From: Chlorokybus atmophyticus
Taxonomy: Eukaryota > Plantae > Mesostigma and Chlorokybus algae
DNA: 64,000 nt
Assembly: GCA_009103225.1 (NCBI GenBank)
Contig: RHPI01000810.1
Span: 1,123,853 to 1,187,852 of the forward strand
Reading direction: 5' to 3'
Shown one piece after another: positions 37,529 to 48,305 of the stretch (its first letter is position 1; each line of letters starts with the position of its first letter). The position numbers and the translations under genes are program-made. The notes under the pieces were generated by a model that was not told the DNA's origin, did no database searches, and saw only the letters and a program-made list of their open reading frames with translations.

Positions 37529-38708
37529 ATGACGGAGGCGGCTTTGCGCGGGGGCAAGAACTTGCGATCTGTCAAGGAGCTGCCCATACTGCAGGATGGC
37601 CCGCCGCCTGGTGGATTTCCTGCTGTGAAGTACGGGCGCTCTATCCCAAACAAAGGTTTGTTAGCGTGCATATTTGTTTTAGAGCTACACGTTAACCTCC
37701 TGCTGTAATTGTAGCAAGCAGAAGGTTTTCATAGGCTTCCGTTTCAGTGCGAGTCATGTGCTGCTGTGGCTTAAGTGCTGGCATGTAATGCACAGTGCTC
37801 AGTATATTGCATGCATTGGGTGGGTGACTACTAAGTTAATGACACTCCCTTGTTGGCCATTACATTTGTTGAACTACGAGAAAGTTTTGTTTCGCGCTTA
37901 TGGCTGCTCGTAGACTTGCTGCAGATCTCAGGGCACTTGGTCCATCCCAAAGTATTGACCGTACTCATCTATAGTATTGACCATACTTATATACTTTGTG
38001 TACATCATCCCAGGCCCGCACGGTGTGACGTTATTCACTGCAACTGCCATCCTGATGGGCTACGGACTGTACCGCGTTGGTTTATGCAACCGGGAACGCA
38101 GGTTTGTCTGCTTGTCTGTTTGCTGGTCTGTCTGCTTGTCTAGTTATCTGTTTGTGTCGTGTTCTGATAGTGTTGAAGTATGCCCTTGTCATCACGTGTT
38201 ACACTATCAGCATGCGCTATCGCAGGGCTTTGCAGCAGGAAAAGCTCGCAGCTCGCGTGTCTATCATGCCCTATCTACAGGCGGAGGAAGATGCCAGGTC
38301 AGAGTGCACACGATTTGGGAAGTATGTTGAAGTAGCTAGCAGGGAGGTCCACTACTAAAACATAGATGTACACAACTATGTGCATATACACTACCTACTT
38401 ATCTACCTATCTAGTACCTAGCACCCTGTATGGCTACCAAGCTAGCAATTGGTGCGGTTCTCTCAGTTCTCTTTTTTGTTGAATGCTAGGCCATAACACT
38501 GCTAGTGCTGGCCCCTCAATAATCATCATTTGGAGTCGATTAGTGTGTAGATGGAGGGTGGTTTGTGCGCAGGTATGTTGAGAAGAGGAAAAGGCAGATT
38601 GAGCTGGAAGCGGAGATCATGAGGAATGTTCCTGGCTGGAAAGTTGGTGAAAACGTGTACAAGACAAGGAGCTGGATGCCGCCAGCATCGTTCCCTACTG
38701 TTGTGTAA
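37529..38708 (+). CDS. NDUFA13: Complex I subunit B16.6/GRIM-19; exons 37529-37655, 38014-38101, 38226-38297, 38573-38708
   Basis: LPILQDGPPPGGF, EKLAARVSIMPYLQAEED and MRNVPGWKVGENVY..WMPP are NDUFA13 signatures. Confidence 0.95.
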
Positions 38709-39429
38709 CTCTATTACTGTGCAAGCTGTTGTACTTGCTCGCATTTGCACTGTGAAAGCTGCGCAATTTGCATTGATTCGTTGGTGGTGGATTCAGCATG
38801 CTCATGTGCTGACATGACCGCAACTATTTATGGGTGCAGTTGGCCAGGCCGACATTGCTGTGTGCGGCATATGGCTGCTCTGCGTACACTGGTTATTGTG
38901 GGTGGGCGGGTGGGTGTGGAGCATACATTAATGCCTCGCACACTGGTGTTTGTTGTGGTGTTTGTGCTTGCTACGTGCTGAATCTAGGGCCCTTGGCCCC
39001 TGAATCAGTACAGCTGACTTAGCAGGGCTTGCGCTAGTCCATGCGTTGGTGCCATGGTGGACCGCATGTCACATATGACACGGGCACTCGCATGAGACTG
39101 CGCACAATAGCCGTGGTGCAGGCAACAAGAACCGCCGTAGTTGCATACATGCATGATCAATATGGGGGCAATAGGCGCAAGGTAGGGTAGAGTTAGCCAG
39201 GTGGTCGCGCATGCGGCATGCAGGTGCGTGTGGTTGGTTGCATGTGGTTCGTGGTTGGCAAATCTTTCTCTCTATATATTATATCAAACGGTCACAAGGT
39301 CCTAGTGTCAAAGCCATCATGCCAACACAACAAGGCAAATCCCAAACAATCACAACGCGAAGACACATCATCATACAACTATGCACGCTAGCGTGCATTA
39401 GAAGGCTTAGCGTGCATTAGTAGGCCTCT

Positions 39430-40001
39430 TGCCAAGAGCGCTGCCACATCAGACAGGGTCATCATAGGAGCAGATTATGATGGCGGCCAACCTGGAGCTG
39501 CACGCATGGCCGTCGTCATTCTCTCCAATAGAGCCGATACTGCCGAGTGAGATGAGGGGGAGGCGGGTGGACTTGGTGGCCTCCGAACCCGGTCGAGATA
39601 CGCGCATGCTCTTGGATGTCACGATCACCGCATGCGGCGAGCAATAGGGAGGCGCAGCGAAGGCGGCGGAGCAGGCGAAGCGGCGGAAATACCACGATCA
39701 CCCCGCCGCCGACACATTCCATCCCCTCGCCGCTGAGACGCAGGGCACCCTGGGCCAGAGTTTTCACGACGTCATCGACACATGCGCTAGAAGGGCACTG
39801 GCTGCACGTGACCTGCCATTGAGCAGGCTGTCGGGCTACTTGGCTCTGTACCGGCAGCGCGTGTCATGCACGCTGCAGCGTGCCCAGGGCATCACCATCC
39901 TGGAGTGGGGGGCGGCAGTCGTAGCGGCAGTACCAGGCTGGGGTCCGGTCCAGACGGCGGCGCAAACGGCGGAAGCGGACGCTGTGCTGGCGGTAGTGTA
40001 G
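39430..40001 (+). mobile_element. Best-preserved CRE-like RLE C-terminal fragment (one in-frame TAG)
   Basis: GRRVDLV..MLLDVTIT..*GGAAKAAEQAKRRKYHDHPAADTFHPLAAETQG..YRQRVSCTLQRAQGITIL..* shows an RxD..D..K-Y (PD-(D/E)xK-like) arrangement. Confidence 0.8.
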
Positions 40002-40002
40002 T

Positions 40003-40700
40003 TGTGTAGGCGTGCTTGCATGCTGCTGGCATGCGTGTGAGTATGCTTGTGCAGTGATAGGCAGGGATGACAATACGTAGCTTGGGGTGACGATGTTGCA
40101 TACTAATGTATCGTAATAGAGCCACGCCCTGAGCTCGCCGTAGTGCACCAACAATCCGCTGCATGTACATGGACACGAACCCGAACATGCGTGTCGTATG
40201 CAACCCGCAATGCTGGACTACACGGCACGTACAGTCTCAGTAATGAGCTCATGGAAAGAACCACTCAGGGTGCCGAACGTCTCCACTGCCAAAGGAACGA
40301 ACTTGTATCCCGCTGCGTGGTCACCGTACTTCCACTTTGTCAACTCCGCGCGCTCCTCCGAGGAGTTGAGTTGAGTTGAGTTGAGTTGAGTCCTCCTAGC
40401 TGAGCGCTACGTATACATGTGGTAACGGTGGTGTTCAGTAGTAGGCGTCGCTCGTGGCCTAGCTTCAAAGCTAGGTCCACTCGGCGTCCCTGCACCACTC
40501 CAGCTAGGATCGGCATGAAACCAGAGCGTCTCTGCACCAAGTACCCCGCCTCCCGTAAAATATGATACACCTCGTCACGCAAGGCATCGTGCGTATCGCT
40601 GAGGAATAAACGAGCAAGCGTCTCATGAACAACTTTAACAACTGCGCGCCCTGCCATCTTCCACAAGTGGCAGGCTTAAGTGAAGCTTCAACGTCGTTTA
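40003..40700 (-). mobile_element. CRE-like fragment in reverse orientation, abutting the + copy tail-to-tail; it may extend to about 41250
   Basis: THDALRDEVYHILREAG..GFMPILAGVVQGRRVDL..LLLNTTV..[(AACTC)n insertion 40363-40390]..AELTKWKYGDHAAGYKFVPLAVETFG..MQRIVGALRRAQG. Confidence 0.75.
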
Positions 40701-41699
40701 ACACCCACGCCGTAGTTGCAGCAAACGCTGTGAGAAGTGTGGTAGCGCCGATGACGACTGAATATGGTGTTGTATGATTGGTGCAACAGCGGCATGCACT
40801 GCTATTGCATGGACCCTCCTTTGCAAAAAGTTCCTGTCAAGGACTACCGATGCGACGACTGCCGCATCTACGGCCTGCCTCAAACTCACACACGCTGAGG
40901 CCCGCAGCAGGGACTTCTTTAGTCCTCAGAGGGGTAGCTTGTTGACTGCTCTTACGCTGATCGTATGGGCGTGTGTTCTGTTACTCTATTGTTCAAGTTA
41001 CACCATACTGTTGATATGTGTTACGCTCCTCAGCTGGGAGGTATCCTTTCTCGTTAACCATGTCGTCCCACCACAGCTGCGACATCTTATCGCCGGTTTG
41101 GCATCATCAAACAGTGCTACCATCAAGCAGCTCGATGCATTGCCGCACGCGACCTCCCGCAGCCCGACAGCTGTCTTGCCAACCGTCCAGGAGGGCTCAA
41201 GCTTCTCGGCTATGCTAGTATCCAGTCCACACCTCGGGCTACTAGCATAGCAGTACTTGTTTCTCATTATCTCTGACTCTGGCCACCCCGTATGCTGGCA
41301 CACCAAAGTCCAAGGCCGCAACAACATGCCCTGCAATCAAGTGACAGCACTCACCAGTTACAAGTGTGTGTCACGGCCAGACAGGCCACATCCTATAATA
41401 AGGTCGAAGCAGACACGTTAAATGGACACAAAGCGCATGCAGCTCGCCGCCAGTGCAAGCATTGCGGAAGCCCGTGAAGAAGTCAGTCTCACCCGTGCGA
41501 TTAATATGCAAGGCAATAGACATGCGTTGCATGGGCTTAGAGTTATAAGCTCGCAATTTGCAACGCTCTGCAGGTCAAGCTACCCGCGACAAACCCATAG
41601 TTGGAACTGTCACAGTTTCAATTACAACGGTTGCAGCAACTCTAGTACTAGCGATATCTGGAGAAGATCCTTGTAACACGATCATAATCACCTTACTTG

Positions 41700-41990
41700 G
41701 TGGTGGGTGGGGCCACAAGCAATGCAGGCGACAGAGCAGAAGCCACCAGTTGTATAGTAGTGTGCGCCGTGTTTGCCATGCACTTTGGGGGCGGCGGTGG
41801 CAGGGCAGTCAGCGCTGTCGCCGTCGCTACCAATGCTGAGGGCGCTGCTGCTGCTGCGCAGGAGGCATCACGCTCACGCCGCAGCTCGCAGGTACATGAA
41901 GCACGACATCAACCCATCTTGGTGCTTACGCACAACAGCAACAGCCTGAGCCTCCAGCCAAATTGTGGTTGTAGGCATAGTGTCAACATC
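41700..41990 (+). repeat. Orphan diverged duplicate of the omega-amidase 5' region, exon 1 and intron 1 start (48215-48530)
   Basis: Shared GCCATGCAC..GGGCAGTCAGCGCTGTCGC..TCACGCTCACGCCGCAGCTCGCAG|GT..ACAACAGCAACAGC; this copy is frameshifted relative to the real exon. Confidence 0.8.
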
Positions 41991-43269
41991 CAATGCAAGC
42001 TGCAAATTCCTGAGCTGAAAGCAAGTAAGAAGTAGGGAAGCCAGTCTAGCCACATCAAACTACCATGCTGTTAGGCCTGAGCCCTCTCGGCTCTTGAGTA
42101 TGCCGCAAGTAGATCAGGAGTGACCATGCTTATATCTATATATGGCTTTTGCAGCCCCTCAGTTTCTTTGCGTATGGCTTGAATGTGTGCTTCAATCCGG
42201 CTCTTGTACTGAGCTTGGAGAGCTCTGCATCGAGAGAGCTCGTGCTCTTTGTGCTTGCACTTGGTTTCCAACTCATTGCTCTTGTGCATGATCTGGTTGC
42301 GGAGCTGCGTAATCTTGTTGGCATGCTTGATGCGTGAAGTGCTTAAGGCGTACAGCGTTGCTCCCACTTTGCCCCAACCAAGTAGGAGTGAGCCGGAGCG
42401 CACTGCAGCCCACGCCGTTGTGCCCGCGTACCCGCTCTTCCTTCTGTCCACATAGTCCCCATCATCACGATACGTGATGCTAACGCGGTACCCGGTCAAT
42501 TGCAATGGGGTGTTGCACTTGAGTGACATGCTGCCTCCCAACAGGAACTCTGTGCGGGGGCCGTCGCTGCCTGCCACCACCACTTCATCCGTGTCTACCG
42601 CTGCCAGCTGCGCTTTGTGGGCCTGTGAGATTAAGTGATCAGGACTCTCCCTTGACGTGCTTTATAGCTGAGGCCTTGCTGTCACATACATATACACCCC
42701 CTCGTGCATGCACGCAGCCACACACATGCACACATGGCCGCTAACCGCTATCGTCGCTGCCTTATCCACAATATCCTTGTCCAAGCGAATTATGTCTTCT
42801 GACATTCTCTGCTCCTCCGATGAAGAGTAGAGTTGAGTATGCTCAGCTTCAGATTGTCCATCTGCATCTTGAGCTCGACTACCTGCAGAGCATAGGGCAA
42901 GCAAGTCATGCGCAGCAACAATATGCAATTGCCTTGTTCGTTCCACTCACCTTCTTCTTGTCCGCCACCAGCATTGCAGCAGTCTTGGGAAAGCGCAAGT
43001 TGCCAACATTAATGGGCTCTCTTTCCCGGATCAGGTCCAACAGGTTCCTCCGTCGTTCACGCGCTTTGTCCCAGTGTTCCAACGCGTAGGGGTCAGGCAA
43101 GCTGTCCATGTCTATGATGGGCGGGGCGACGTCAACATTGAGCATGCGTGCCACGGCTCTGGCGAGCTGCTGGTCATTCTTTTCTCGCTCTTTCATGCGT
43201 TGCTGTGCAACCTGCAAGTGCAAGCAACAAAGAGCTTAGAAATTCGTTAAAGGGATCCGGGTCTGACAG

Positions 43270-43354
<85 letters not shown>

Positions 43355-43357
43355 ACN
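43270..43357. other. 85-nt poly-C run ending in N; probable assembly or sequencing artefact
   Basis: The homopolymer adjoins an ambiguous base; similar C/G runs border the other gaps. Confidence 0.7.
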
Positions 43358-43622
43358 ATAATCATGTTGCGCTCCCTGAGGTCTTTACTGAACATTTAGG
43401 TCCACAGCTGCAGCTCCTCCGTCGCCCTGCCTTCCATAAGCCTGGTCTCGTCCGTTAGCACAAGCACAGCACCTATCTGCTCCGCCTGCAGACTCGAGTG
43501 TTTATTGTGCGTGCCAGTGCAAAGCACACGATGCAAACATGGCCAAGGGTAGTGCTCACCTTTTGCAAGGTTTTCAGCAGCTGCTGCATGTTCTTCAAGT
43601 TGTTGCTCATGCTTGCCTCCAG

Positions 43623-44325
43623 TGTCACAACCCACTCGACCACAAAAGACTTGGTGCTTTTATGGTCGATTTGTGGTAATTTAATGTACCTTCCCGTTAC
43701 ATTCCCCCCCACTTAAGAACGCTGACGTCCTCGGCAGCTGGCGCTCTCATCAGCTGGGGAATTTTCTTCCCAGGGGTCTCCGATACCAATGTCACAACCC
43801 ACTCGACCACAAAAGACTTGGTGCTTTTATGGTCGATTTGTGGTAATTTAATGTACCTTCCCGTTACATTCCCCCCCACTTAAGAACGCTGACGTCCTCG
43901 GCAGCTGGCGCCCATCAGCTGGGGAATCTTCCCAGGGGTCTGATTTAGGGTCGGTCACCGGCCCCACCATCCAAGGACCGGCCAATTTAGGCCCATACCG
44001 GTCAGCGCGCGCATAGCCCGCCGCTGCCGGCCCCACAGGTCGCGTCGCCGCGATAGGCAGGTCGCGCCCTGCCGCGCCGACTGAACTGGTCAGTTCGGCG
44101 CTACTGCCAGTAGGCAAGTCGCGACCCATCGATGATGGCACTCATAAAGTGACCATTTACGATGTTATTGGATCGAGAAACAACGACCGCGGAACGTTCG
44201 TGTGCAAGGCAGGAATCGAACCCGGGTCTCAAGCTCCGATGACCAATGTCACAGCCCACTCGACCACAAAAGACTTGGTACTTTTATGGTCGATTTGTGG
44301 TAATGTGATGTACCTTCCCGTTACA
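43623..44325 (-). mobile_element. Tandem three-LTR TRIM (terminal-repeat retrotransposon in miniature), 703 bp
   Basis: Three 79-bp LTRs (44247-44325, 43790-43868, 43623-43701), each TGTAAC...GTGACA on the minus strand. Two are identical and the third differs at 4 positions. PBS-like TGGTATCGGAG / TGGTCATCGGAGC (compare tRNA-iMet PBS TGGTATCAGAGC) follows the first two LTRs. PPT TTAAGTGGGGGGGAA precedes the last two. Perfect 5-bp TSD TCCAG at 43618-43622 and 44326-44330. Confidence 0.92.
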
Positions 44326-47300
44326 TCCAGGGTTCCTGGAGTATCCGCCACCTTCACGCTGGGGTCGTCAATGACCTGCTTCATTGTGATCGCAGTCGTG
44401 CAGCAGGTGTCGCCTGCACTCGACTTGAAGTCCTGGACAAACAAGGCAAGCACACTTTCTATCAACTGAGCACGCATGTGAAGTTCTGCAGCGCTTGCAT
44501 GCAACTACTAGCTTGAGCATATGTACTTCATGCAACTAGTGCTGGTCCACACGTGATAGCGAGCTCATTGAGCCTCAAACATGTTCAACAAGATACAAGA
44601 CTGATGCATGCACACGTGTAGTGCATGTAGCAACCTGCTGTGCATTCTGGTGGCAATCTGTCTACCTCACCTGCAATTGAGGATCACAGGTCTGCGCGTA
44701 TTCGAATGCTTTATCCGGGTTGACAAGCAAGTTGGCGAGGCTGCTCTTCCCAACGTCGGTCGGCCCCACGAGGAAGACCATTCGCGCCTTCCCTTGCGCG
44801 CCTGCTTGGTGTAATGGTGGGGAAGAGGACGTTGACACAGGTGATGATGGCGCTTTGGCAAAACTCTCAGTTGAGGGCTCACCTGTCCGCTTGCGTTTGT
44901 GCTCATTCTTGTTGTTGGGAACTGACACACAACCGCAATACGAGTAGGTGAGTTGAAACGAGACCCTGTGCCCAAAGCTTAACTCAGCTGACAACCTTTG
45001 CAACCTCTTGCCACACCTATGCACACACTGCATGCTTGCAGCAAACATGGCTGCAGCATTGCTTGAAATGCCGTGTCCCTCCAGGCAGCAAGCTGCACAT
45101 CTAGCTTACCTTGACCTCTCACGCCTGACATGGTCGCCACTGGTGGTCACACCGGTTTGATCAACTAACACCACTCGCTCCACAACCTCTGTGATGGCCA
45201 GCAATAGCCGCCTGGTAGCTGGGGACCGCTGCCGCTCACAAGTTGCTGCTAAGCTTACTCACTCACATGTCAGCTTACCGCTGCACGCTGGGCCACTACA
45301 CAGCGCCACACTATTACTCACACACAGCGCCCCTTAGGCTCTGCCTGCCATCCCCGTGCCTGCATAGAACACGTTTGTGACCGCCGCCTCCTGACGTGCG
45401 ATCCTCAAACAAGGGGCTGCTGCTGGTGTTTCGCCCCCGCCCCCGCCCCCCCAGCAGCCAGGAGCCAGGGGCAACGCGAGTCACGTCACACGTGCCTGGT
45501 GAGCGCACACGCGCAGCAACGCATGCAAGCTCAGCCACATGTTCACTATCCCCACAGTGACCTGAGTGTGTGATGTGCCACCTCGTACTCTTAAGTCATG
45601 TACTGACCACCTGGCACATGCGCTCGCACTCAAACAGGAAAACCACTGCAAGTGTTACATGCGATGCAACAAGCATAGCAACCCCTCAAGTAGTGCAAAG
45701 TCGTGAGTTGTACCTTGATCGTGATTGGTTACATATGGATGTCATTATCAATCAGAATAATAAATCTGTGTTTATATCATATTCCACTTAATATTTCATC
45801 GAATGGCGTTTTCTTCTTATTTATAGCACATGTGTGCACATAGATGGATTTGAATGATGGCACATGATTGCGTCAATTTGCCAATTATCACTTCGTGCCC
45901 TTTGAAAGGGTAATCCATCATATGCAACCGTGTATATGCATTACTTTGCATATGCAATCGCACGATTTTGTATAAGGTAAACCATCTACAAATTATGTTT
46001 GTCGCAGCAAGTTGACGCTTATATAGCTTAACACTTGATATGCTTGATTTGATATGTTGTTGCGCATATGAACGCATGATATTGATATGCTCAATACATC
46101 TTCAAGATATTTAAGGTATTTAAGCTGACACAAGTTGTGTCAGCTTAAAGTGGTTTCCTGACCGGACATTGCTCAAAGGTTACAAGCAAATGCCATGTGG
46201 TAAAATGTTGCTCGCTGAAAGGATTATGACTTAAGACATTAAATTTCAGTAAAACCACGACAGTTTACATAATATTTCTGTTTATAGGCAATTGCGCGCA
46301 CTGAATGCTTATAGATGAGCGGCATGACAATTGGTTATGAATTGACTTAGTAACAAACAATACGGTACAGTTACGTATACAAATTACATCACATGTGAGG
46401 CACGATTTCGATTCCGCACAAATAATACAAGGTCCAAGCTGCATTCGTCGCAGACAATAAAAGTTGTCCGCTACGGATGCAATATATTCAATGCGTGAGT
46501 GTACATCTTATGTGGCAGATATCACACCAGTATGCCGACACGCACAATAAGCGAATTTCGAAACCTTAACTTGCATAGCCGTATGCACACACTCAGGCAA
46601 CCGTGCATAACCTGAGCAGCAAAGTTGTCGTACAAGCGAGACTTGATCGCGGGGTATGTCTCGCAGTGGGAATGCGTATAGGGGAGTACGCGAGTGTGAA
46701 AAGTAGGTAGTGCGGCAGGGCAGCATACGAGGTGGAAGGTACAGAGCGTAGCAGCTACGGTACTTGAGGTGGTGAAGTAGTGCGGCGGTGGGTGGAGGGG
46801 AAGGTGCGAAGGGAAAAACAAACTGTGTGGTCCCCTGAGCCTAGGTTAAGACAGAAGTCACTCATCAAGCTTCTTGACTAAGGCTGCATGTGAACAAGCA
46901 CACAGCAGTTATACAAGGGTGTTCGTGCGTGGTTTCAATTTGGCTAAGTCACTTAGCCAAACTGGAACTAAACGTTGAGTGCTTGCAGCACGTAAACTCG
47001 CATTACGGTAATGCGAGTTTACGTGCTGCAAGCACTCAACAACCGTGTGCTAGTGAACCTAACAACGGCCACGGCGGCTGTGCAAGGCATGCAAAGTACC
47101 GTGTTGTTTGGGAGGTGGTGCAGTTCGCATGCAACGGGGCAGTGGCCTTGCCACAAGATCAACAGCAATGTGTAGTAGAGATGCGAAACAATAAAGAGCA
47201 GGGCAAGGCAGGGCAAGGGCAAGGTATACAACTAGGGTGTCACGGGTGTCCACTCTTACAAATTCTATGCTCACACAAGGCAGCATGCATGCTCGCGGTT

Positions 47301-48305
47301 TGCCTAAGCTGATGTGGCTTTTCGAAAGTCTTAGAAGCAACGCCGCCGCTTCCGCGCCCGTCCGCTGACTTGCAACTTACTATTGACTTCCATGGTAGGT
47401 GCCAAAGGAGGCTGTCGATGTCGGCCACCGCCATTAGTTATCTTTCCTGATCGGTCCGCATGAGAGGATGCGTCGATGGGTCTAGTGACGCTGGCCGCCA
47501 GTATGCGGGGTTCGAGTGATGCGTGGTTCAAGTGATCTAGATGCCCGGGTGTAGCGCACAAGGGGTGCGAGGGAGAAAAGCGTGCCGAGGATCAGCACTG
47601 TGACGGAGTTGGTACTTTCATCAAAGAAACAATTACATTGGTCGACCCTGACGTAAGAACGTCTTTCAGCGTAACAATACTGCTCGTGCGCTATGTGCAT
47701 GTTAATGAAAGGCCCGAAAGATTAGTAACCACAGCATAGCACATAACTTAGCAAGCATCCATATATGACTTAACTCAATCACTCCAAACTCCAACCACGT
47801 ATGCATAAGTACATCACGGGGGGCTGAATGTTATGTGCAGCTACGTGCAAAGCAAAATATGTAGGGCAGAGCGAGACCGGTTGTTGGTGAGACAGTCACC
47901 ACTTGTATGTGCAGAGCTTAGCATCTATGCAAGTTGCGAGGCAAGGCAGGAAGTAGGCACGGCATGCGTGCACCAATCGATTGAGATGCGACACTCAGCA
48001 CACAAATATGATAACACACATCATAACAAGCAAAGACCACTTCACCTCTTCAAATTTATGCAGACTCATTCAGCGTGAGCGGCACACCATTACATTACCT
48101 CCAAGTGTGGCTTTGACATGCAAAGCAAAGCAATTGAAATGCTTTGCGTATGTAACTTACAAGGCGCAGGCTATTGCCATTGTGCATGTCAGTTGCAAGT
48201 TGTCAAACTCAGAGTCGGTGGTTGGGTGGCACGCAAGCACAGGCGACATCGCAGCCAAGCATCCTGCACAGCAAGCACAGCGGAGGGTGTTGCGCCGTGC
48301 CTGCC

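Larger units (their letters stand above)
42071..45048 (-). pseudogene. AIG1/GIMAP-like (TRAFAC) P-loop GTPase with C-terminal coiled coil, apparently disrupted
   Basis: G1 VFLVGPTDVGKSSLANLL, G2-like DTCCTT, G3 VADTPG, IGAVLVL strand and downstream coiled-coil exons. In-frame TAA at 43396-43398, apparent frameshift near 42825, TRIM insertion, and poly-C/N at 43270-43357. Confidence 0.65.

Noticed and set aside
43396-43398. TAA read as Gln (non-standard algal code)
   Set aside because: NDUFA13 ends in TAA and MFAP1, MSBP and NIT2 end in TAG at the conserved C-termini, so the code is standard.
43148-43399. Poly-Pro/poly-Gly ORFs
   Set aside because: Translation of a poly-C run next to an N, probably artefactual.
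43623-43941. Regularly spaced direct repeats resembling a CRISPR array
   Set aside because: The repeats are 79 bp with TG..CA ends, PBS, PPT and TSD, and the spacers are related to each other; these are LTRs in a eukaryote.
44203-44266. tRNA gene
   Set aside because: Only the T-arm/B-box and an A-box-like motif are present; there is no complementary acceptor stem or anticodon arm.
47240-47434. Possible first exon (MAVADIDSLLWHLPWK) divergent from NIT2
   Set aside because: No convincing donor or downstream exons, and no homology recognised.
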